This document shows positions 35,199 through 40,680 of a stretch of 40,680 nucleotides of DNA, one piece after another. The notes beneath the pieces are model-generated. The model made no database searches. It had not been told where the DNA came from and worked only from the letters and a program-made list of their open reading frames with translations. The DNA is taken from positions 1 to 40,680 of the IMG/VR virus record IMGVR_UViG_3300020045_007163; one strand, written 5' to 3'. Position 1 is the stretch's first letter, and each line of letters opens with the position of its first letter. The DNA comes from a virus (Duplodnaviria > Caudoviricetes). The position numbers were made by a program, and so were the translations under genes.

Positions 35199-37381
35199 TG
35201 ACCATACTTTCCAAAGCCCTCTCATATGCCTCAGAATTTGGCTTCCATGTTTTCCCAATTCATTCCGTCAAGCCTGATGGATCTTGTACTTGCGGAAATC
35301 CAGATCATGTTCCTGGCGGCGCGTCTGCCAAACAAATCGGAAAGCATCCAGCCACTAAGAACGGCTTAAAAGATGCAACCGATAATGCTTTTAAAATCAG
35401 ACAATCCTTTGGGGCTAATGATTTTAATATCGGGATTGTGACCGGAGAAATATCCGGCATATTCGCGGTTGATGTTGATGGTATTCTTGGCGAAGAGTCG
35501 CTGGCTCAGTTAGAAGAGAAACATGGCAAGCTTCCCAAAACTCTAACCAATTTAACAGGGCGGGGAAAACATTTAATCTTCAAACATCCTGGTATTAAAA
35601 TTGTTACCAGAACTTCAAAGCTGGGAAAGAATTTAGATGTTAGAGGGGATGGCGGATATATAATTGGAGCGCCATCAAAACACGCTTCAGGCAATCAATA
35701 CAGCTGGGATGAAAGCCAGGGCTGGGAAATAGCTGAAGCTCCAGAATGGTTGATTGATGAAGTAAAGCATAAAGAAGTTGAGCCTGAAACTTTAGACATA
35801 GGCGAGTCTGATAATGTCGATTGGACTAATGATGATGTTGCTGAGATGCTTAGTTTCATTGATGCGGATTGTACCTATTCGGATTGGATTCAAATCGGGA
35901 TGGGTCTATTTGATGGCGGCTTTGATTTCGGCCTCTTCAATAACTGGAGCGCAAAAGGTTCAAAATACGCTGGATCTAAAGATTGTGAATTCCACTGGAA
36001 ATCTTTCCGCAAAGGCGGCGGGATTACAATGGGAACCGTTGTTGATCGCGCTGTTTTGAATGGCTACAATCATATCCAGGAAGTTGATGCAACTCTTTAT
36101 GATATTGGCGCTTCAGCTGTAAAAAATATTCTCAAATCCAAAACATCCAAAGAAGAGGATGTTGAGATTAAGATGAATCAAATCCCTGGCATAGTTGGAG
36201 AAACGGTAAATTGGATCATCTCAACAGCTCAAAAGCCTCAGCCTGAATTAGCTCTATTGAATACTTTAACCGCGCTGGGCGCTGTTTATGGGCGGCGCTA
36301 TAGATCCCCAATCAATACCAGGACTAATATCTATACAGTAGGCCTTGCCGGAACAGCGGCGGGGAAAAACCATTCCAAAGTTTGTATTAAAGAATTATTG
36401 ATTGAAGCCGGACTGGAAGAATTTATTGGCGGTGAATCTATCGCTTCTGGATCTGGGCTTTTAACCGCTGTATCTAAAAAGCCAGCTCAGATTATGCATC
36501 TTGATGAATTCGGGATGTTGATGGAAGCCATTACCGATAAGCGCGGCGCTTCTCATATGAAGATTGCCAGCAAAAACATAACGGAATTATACAGCGCATC
36601 ATCAGGAAAATATATTGGCGCTCAATATGCGGATAAAAAAGCAGATCCAATCGTTATAGCCAGCCCCAATCTTTGTATATTTGGTATTTCAACAATGGAG
36701 AAATATACAAGCTCCATCAATCGTGAAGCTATCGCATCAGGTGAGCTGAATAGATTTGTCGTTATGAAGGCGGAGCATGATAATCCAAAGCGGCGGCGCG
36801 GCGTATATTATCAAGAGCCGCCAGCATGGTTGATTGAAGCATGGAAGGCTTTCAAGGGCGGCGCGCCAAATAATGGTCTTATAAATCCTGATACTATTTT
36901 AGTTGAATGGCCAGGGCTTCAGGATCGAATTGATGATATGGGCGATTTCGAAGATGGCCAAATGGAAGAGAATCGCAATAATGCTGGCGCGCTCTGGGGC
37001 CGCTATCGGGAGAATGTCATTAAGATCGCCATGATCCTGGCCGTTACTGAGAATCAAATTGCCCCTAAGATTACAGCGGCCCATTTGGATTTTGCTGAAG
37101 CGCTGGTAATGAAATCAGTAAACTTTATGATTGATATGGTTAATGATCATTTAGCGGATAGCCAGCATGAAAAGGATTGCAATGATATTGTAGCCGCTAT
37201 TAAGCGCTCAGGCGGCTCAGTCGATAAATCAAGGCTTTGCCGTTTGACTCGTCGCATGGACTCCAAACAACGGGAAGCGGCTATTATCAGCCTTGTTGAT
37301 CGCAATGAAATTGAGGTTGTCCAGCCGTTTGTAGGCAAAGGCGGAGGGCGGCGCGCCCTCATTTATTCTATCGTAGAATAA
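35198..37381 (+). CDS. Bifunctional primase-polymerase / PriCT-2 / DUF3987-type helicase
   Basis: VFP.H......CTCG...GKHP, NIGIVTG..SG...VDVD, T.RG.HL.F, DVRG.GGY; Y.DW.QIGM.L; AGTAAGKNH and LDEFG. Confidence 0.9.
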   Translation: MTILSKALSYASEFGFHVFPIHSVKPDGSCTCGNPDHVPGGASAKQIGKHPATKNGLKDATDNAFKIRQSFGANDFNIGIVTGEISGIFAVDVDGILGEESLAQLEEKHGKLPKTLTNLTGRGKHLIFKHPGIKIVTRTSKLGKNLDVRGDGGYIIGAPSKHASGNQYSWDESQGWEIAEAPEWLIDEVKHKEVEPETLDIGESDNVDWTNDDVAEMLSFIDADCTYSDWIQIGMGLFDGGFDFGLFNNWSAKGSKYAGSKDCEFHWKSFRKGGGITMGTVVDRAVLNGYNHIQEVDATLYDIGASAVKNILKSKTSKEEDVEIKMNQIPGIVGETVNWIISTAQKPQPELALLNTLTALGAVYGRRYRSPINTRTNIYTVGLAGTAAGKNHSKVCIKELLIEAGLEEFIGGESIASGSGLLTAVSKKPAQIMHLDEFGMLMEAITDKRGASHMKIASKNITELYSASSGKYIGAQYADKKADPIVIASPNLCIFGISTMEKYTSSINREAIASGELNRFVVMKAEHDNPKRRRGVYYQEPPAWLIEAWKAFKGGAPNNGLINPDTILVEWPGLQDRIDDMGDFEDGQMEENRNNAGALWGRYRENVIKIAMILAVTENQIAPKITAAHLDFAEALVMKSVNFMIDMVNDHLADSQHEKDCNDIVAAIKRSGGSVDKSRLCRLTRRMDSKQREAAIISLVDRNEIEVVQPFVGKGGGRRALIYSIVE

Positions 37382-37428
37382 TCAGAAATCCTTGCCACTC
37401 AGGTTGGCTACCATGCTCAAATCGGGCT

Positions 37429-37660
37429 AAGAATTATATAGGTAACTATTTGATTTAATTGAATAGTGGTAATTCTTTCCCAAATTCCACTAGACACCTT
37501 CTAACAAACTAAAAATCGCCCCGATCTAAAAGGCGGGGAAAGAGAAAAAAGGTATGTATAGGAGGGAAAGAGGGAAAGAAATATAATATAATATATATAT
37601 CAATAACTTATATATATAATTCTTGTGTTATTCTTATCCATTCTTATCCATTCTTAACCA
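37429..37660. other. Putative replication origin
   Basis: Non-coding gap after the primase-helicase, with an AAGAATTA...TAATTCTT inverted repeat, AGGGAAAG x2, an AT-only tract and TTCTTA(T/A)CCA x3 (37631-37660). Confidence 0.55.
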
Positions 37661-37674
37661 ATTGAGGCCATATA

Positions 37675-38049
37675 ATGCTATTTTTAAATAAAGATCCTGC
37701 TAATGCATATCTCAAATGGTCTGAGCTTCTTATTCAGGCGTTTATAGTGATGATGGCGCGTAAAGATGGTTATACCGTCCATGGAGATCAAAACGGCTCC
37801 AGTAAGACAATGAAGGGCAAAATGGAATCAGGCTTATCAGCATTAACAGGCTGGCCGGATCTTTGTTTCATTTTGCCAAGCGGTCCACTCTGGATAGAGC
37901 TAAAGAAAAAAGGCAAAGGCTTATCGACTGAGCAAAAGGAATTGCATCCGATAATGAAAGCCGCTGGATGTAAAGTTTATGTTGTGAAGGCTGAGTCTCC
38001 TATGGATGGCTGGATAAAAGTTTTGGGAATACTTTCCCAACATAAATAA
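37675..38049 (+). CDS. VRR-NUC family nuclease (resolvase-like)
   Basis: G.PDL........LWIELK..G..LS.EQKE.H..M...G..VYV. Confidence 0.85.
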   Translation: MLFLNKDPANAYLKWSELLIQAFIVMMARKDGYTVHGDQNGSSKTMKGKMESGLSALTGWPDLCFILPSGPLWIELKKKGKGLSTEQKELHPIMKAAGCKVYVVKAESPMDGWIKVLGILSQHK

Positions 38050-38158
38050 TTTTTAATAAATAATATTTTTACCTTGATTGGAATCATATAAAATGTTTTT
38101 ATGATTTTACTTTAATCAACCAACTTAACTAACTAACCAATGCGACAAGGAGTCGAAA

Positions 38159-38647
38159 ATGTCTAAAGAATTTAAAACATCAAAAAATAAACTTAGTGAA
38201 CATCCTTATTCAGTAAAAGTTAATGATGAGTATATAGCTGAAGTTCCTACTTTGATTATGGCTGTTGTTGCTTTTCAAATGTGGATGAGATCATTGCAAG
38301 ATAATTTTGATCCAGAAAAAAAGAAAAGCAAAAATGAAAAGCAAGTCTTAGAGCTTATATCTGAGCCAGATAATTTTTCTTTCAAAGTTAGTTTTGAATT
38401 AAATGAATTATTATCAAAGGAAGATGCATTTGATTTTAATACTGTTGAGCCTGGCATGGCATTCAAGAGCAACGTGAGTCCTATATTCCTTGCTGATGAT
38501 GAATCAACATCAGATGTTTGTTTCTTTGTTGCTAAAGATCCATCTTCAAATGATCATGGAATATTTTGCCTTGATGAAGATTATTCATCTTTGGGTAATT
38601 TCGAGCTTGCCGGATTAGTTAGATCCCCAGAAAACGATATTAAATAA
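38159..38647 (+). CDS. Hypothetical protein
   Basis: AAGGAG RBS preceded by AACCAATGCGA; 162 aa. Confidence 0.7.
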   Translation: MSKEFKTSKNKLSEHPYSVKVNDEYIAEVPTLIMAVVAFQMWMRSLQDNFDPEKKKSKNEKQVLELISEPDNFSFKVSFELNELLSKEDAFDFNTVEPGMAFKSNVSPIFLADDESTSDVCFFVAKDPSSNDHGIFCLDEDYSSLGNFELAGLVRSPENDIK

Positions 38648-38677
38648 TTCAACCCTCAACAAAATTGGAATAACAAA

Positions 38678-39502
38678 ATGAAATCTAAGTTTACTATTAT
38701 CATGGCCGCTGTTGGTTTCCTTGTTCAAGAAAAGGATGAAAGCGGTTTTAGTGGTTATCATATGCCTAATGGATCGTTTACCGATTCAATGCATCAGGCC
38801 ATTAAAGATCAATTCACAAATAGATCTGATGCGGTTCAATTCATTAGAGATAATCTTGATCCATCTTTCGAGAAAGATCTTGAGAAAGAAGCTGAGAAAG
38901 AGCCTGAGCAAAAAGCGAAAGTTATTTATTCGGATATGGTTGCGGCGTTAAAGAAAGATCCTAAAGATATTATTGATAGCCTGTTACCTGAAAAGGCTGA
39001 TGCTATCCATATGGCTATTGGTATTGTTGGCGAAGCTGGAGAGCTGATAGACAATATTAAAAAATGGACTATCTATAATAAACCGCTTGATCGTGATAAT
39101 CTGATTGAAGAGCTTGGTGATATTGAATTCTTCATGGAAGGCTTGCGCCAGATCTTTGGTATTACCAGAGATGAAACGCTGGAGGCTAATCAGGTTAAGC
39201 TTTTGACTGGAGAGAATGCCAGGTACAAAATGGGCAAATATACTGATGCTCAGGCTCATGCAAGAGCTGATAAGGTTTCGGTTCATATTACAAATAATAC
39301 TGATGAAGCATTTGATGTTAAGTTTGATTTAATAGAATTTATTGATCATGTTCCGTTAAATGCGCTGGATGTTACAACTCTTGATGATCTGGCAAATAGA
39401 AATAAGCGCTGGATGATTGATGGAAAAGAATATCTTCAGAAATTCAATGGAACAAATCCTATCGAAAAGGACGATCCAATGAATGGGCAAGCGGTTAGCT
39501 AG
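38678..39502 (+). CDS. mazG: MazG-like nucleotide pyrophosphohydrolase with N- and C-terminal extensions
   Basis: HMAIGIVGEAGEL.D.IKK...Y.K.LDR.NL.EELGD..F......N..KL...RY. Confidence 0.85.
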   Translation: MKSKFTIIMAAVGFLVQEKDESGFSGYHMPNGSFTDSMHQAIKDQFTNRSDAVQFIRDNLDPSFEKDLEKEAEKEPEQKAKVIYSDMVAALKKDPKDIIDSLLPEKADAIHMAIGIVGEAGELIDNIKKWTIYNKPLDRDNLIEELGDIEFFMEGLRQIFGITRDETLEANQVKLLTGENARYKMGKYTDAQAHARADKVSVHITNNTDEAFDVKFDLIEFIDHVPLNALDVTTLDDLANRNKRWMIDGKEYLQKFNGTNPIEKDDPMNGQAVS

Positions 39503-39519
39503 TCGAGGGTAATGAGTAA

Positions 39520-39550
39520 GCCGGATAGTGATCATGCTATCCGGCATTTT
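39520..39550 (+). terminator. Stem-loop / probable terminator after the MazG-like gene
   Basis: GCCGGATAG-tgatcatg-CTATCCGGC followed by ATTTT. Confidence 0.6.
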
Positions 39551-39567
39551 AATAAAGGATTTTTTAT

Positions 39568-39729
39568 ATGTGCGGAGATTTAATATCTAATTGTCCTATA
39601 GTTGTTTCAGCTATTAAAGAAATAGATGAATCAAAAACAATTTATGAGGCCAAACTTAATTTAGCTAAAGCCAATTATGTTTTAATGAAAGCTAATGAGA
39701 GAATGGATCAAATAAAAGCAGATAAATAA
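39568..39729 (+). CDS. 53-aa hypothetical protein (not in the ORF track)
   Basis: AAGGA RBS; MCGDLISNCPIVV...QIKADK; its stop abuts the HNH start. Confidence 0.5.
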   Translation: MCGDLISNCPIVVSAIKEIDESKTIYEAKLNLAKANYVLMKANERMDQIKADK

Positions 39730-40026
39730 ATGAATGAAAGATCAACATCATCAGAAAGAGGCTATAATAATATATGGCAGAAGGCGCGGAATACTTTCTT
39801 GTTAAGCCATCCATGTTGCCGGATGTGCGAAGAGGAAGGAAGAGTAACAAGGGCTACTGTTGTTGATCATATCATTCCGCATAAAGGGGATCAGAAATTG
39901 TTTTGGGATACTAGGAATAATTGGCAAGCCTTATGCACTAAGCATCATAGCGCGACTAAGCAACGTATAGAGAACGGCAAAGAGATTAAGAGAACAGGAG
40001 TCGATGGATGGAAAGTGGAAGAGTAA
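39730..40026 (+). CDS. Packaging-associated HNH endonuclease (HK97 gp74-like)
   Basis: RGY...WQKAR..FL..HP.C..C......A.VVDHI.PH.GD..LFWD..NWQ.LC..HH...K; lies near the genome end. Confidence 0.9.
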   Translation: MNERSTSSERGYNNIWQKARNTFLLSHPCCRMCEEEGRVTRATVVDHIIPHKGDQKLFWDTRNNWQALCTKHHSATKQRIENGKEIKRTGVDGWKVEE

Positions 40027-40385
40027 AGCTTGATGGAGATCCGGTTGATAATTTCCTTGCCTTGTTACCTGAAGAGCAAAGGGCAATGATACAACCGTAT
40101 CAAATCAAGATCTGGAAAGAGTTTATAAATAAGAAGGCTATCATTGATAGGCCGTTACCTAATAGGATCTCTATTGATAAGAATGATCCAGGTTATATTC
40201 ATGATGGCGTTATGATGGCCGTATGGCTTGATGATGTTAGGCAACAGTATGTAACAACAGCTGATGTTAAAGAAGGCATGATCATTAAGTATAAACTTGA
40301 TGCACATGGTAGGCCATTGATCGAAGGGCCTGAGTTAGTAAGCGAAGTATTGCATGGTGTTGTAAGATTGGAATGGTTGGCATGA
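40008..40385 (+). CDS. Hypothetical protein
   Basis: P.RIS.DK.DPGY.....VWLD......V.TAD..EG.I.......G.P......E...G.VR.E looks like a conserved phage pattern. Confidence 0.65.
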   Translation: MESGRVKLDGDPVDNFLALLPEEQRAMIQPYQIKIWKEFINKKAIIDRPLPNRISIDKNDPGYIHDGVMMAVWLDDVRQQYVTTADVKEGMIIKYKLDAHGRPLIEGPELVSEVLHGVVRLEWLA

Positions 40386-40609
40386 TTAGCAGGGCATATA
40401 TCAAAACAGATCCATTGTGGCCTGAGCTTATCATTCAATCAAAGCTGGATAGGATTCTATGCGAAGGCGTAACAACATTGAATGAGAAAAGGCAAGCTGT
40501 TATTATTCGATCTGATGGCACTATGCATTTAACGGATGAAATATTGGATCTATTCCATGAGTCCAAACAAAGGATTGGTAATTATGAAAAGGTTTCATTT
40601 AATCACTGA
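40373..40609 (+). CDS. Hypothetical protein
   Basis: Overlaps the upstream stop; likely start at ATG 40382. Confidence 0.55.
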   Translation: MVGMISRAYIKTDPLWPELIIQSKLDRILCEGVTTLNEKRQAVIIRSDGTMHLTDEILDLFHESKQRIGNYEKVSFNH

Positions 40610-40644
40610 GCCATGCACAAAATGCATAGCTGATATGCATAGTA

Positions 40645-40680
40645 GGCTTTAGCTAAATTAAGTTTGGCCTCATAAATTGT
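40645..40680. repeat. Exact inverted copy of 39637-39672; probable fold-back chimera at the contig end
   Basis: The reverse complement of the last 36 nt is ACAATTTATGAGGCCAAACTTAATTTAGCTAAAGCC, identical to 39637-39672. Confidence 0.9.

Noticed and set aside
38105-38135. CtrA box (TTAA-N7-TTAA) near the putative promoter
   Set aside because: The TTAA half-sites here are 9 nt apart, and those near 359-371 are 5 nt apart. I found no correctly spaced box in the intergenic regions I checked.

Overview
A near-complete genome of a tailed dsDNA phage (siphovirus), probably infecting an alphaproteobacterium, because it carries a GcrA homologue and a standalone DnaA-C-like protein. The + strand (82-22549) carries the late genes. 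These are the terminase C-terminus, an HK97-type portal/protease/capsid, a neck operon interrupted by a collar-like protein, a 1229-aa beta-helix fibre and a T4 Imm-like gene, a lambda-like tail with a -1 frameshifted chaperone, tail fibres, and a membrane-protein-rich lysis region. The - strand (22518-34458) carries the early genes: GcrA, a cupin, a frameshifted C5-type methyltransferase, an SF2 helicase, an HNH, an NPPW methyltransferase, a PD-(D/E)xK nuclease, a DUF669-type SSB and a Sak4-like ATPase. A rightward RHH + GIY-YIG pair interrupts this block. A second rightward block (34562-40609) encodes an RHH, a prim-pol/helicase, a putative origin, VRR-NUC, a MazG-like protein and a packaging HNH. 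I saw no integrase, CI-type repressor, tRNA, reverse transcriptase or CRISPR array. Both window ends are exact inverted copies of nearby internal sequence, probably amplification chimeras, so single-base anomalies need read-level confirmation. The most interesting leads are a possibly switchable or recoded methyltransferase, an 11-nt leader motif (AACCAATGCGA) before three genes, a candidate structured RNA at 32917-33018, GcrA/DnaA-C host cell-cycle mimicry with GANTC enrichment, two RHH-based divergent switches, and the neck fibre cassette. All family calls come from motif recognition by eye, not database searches.
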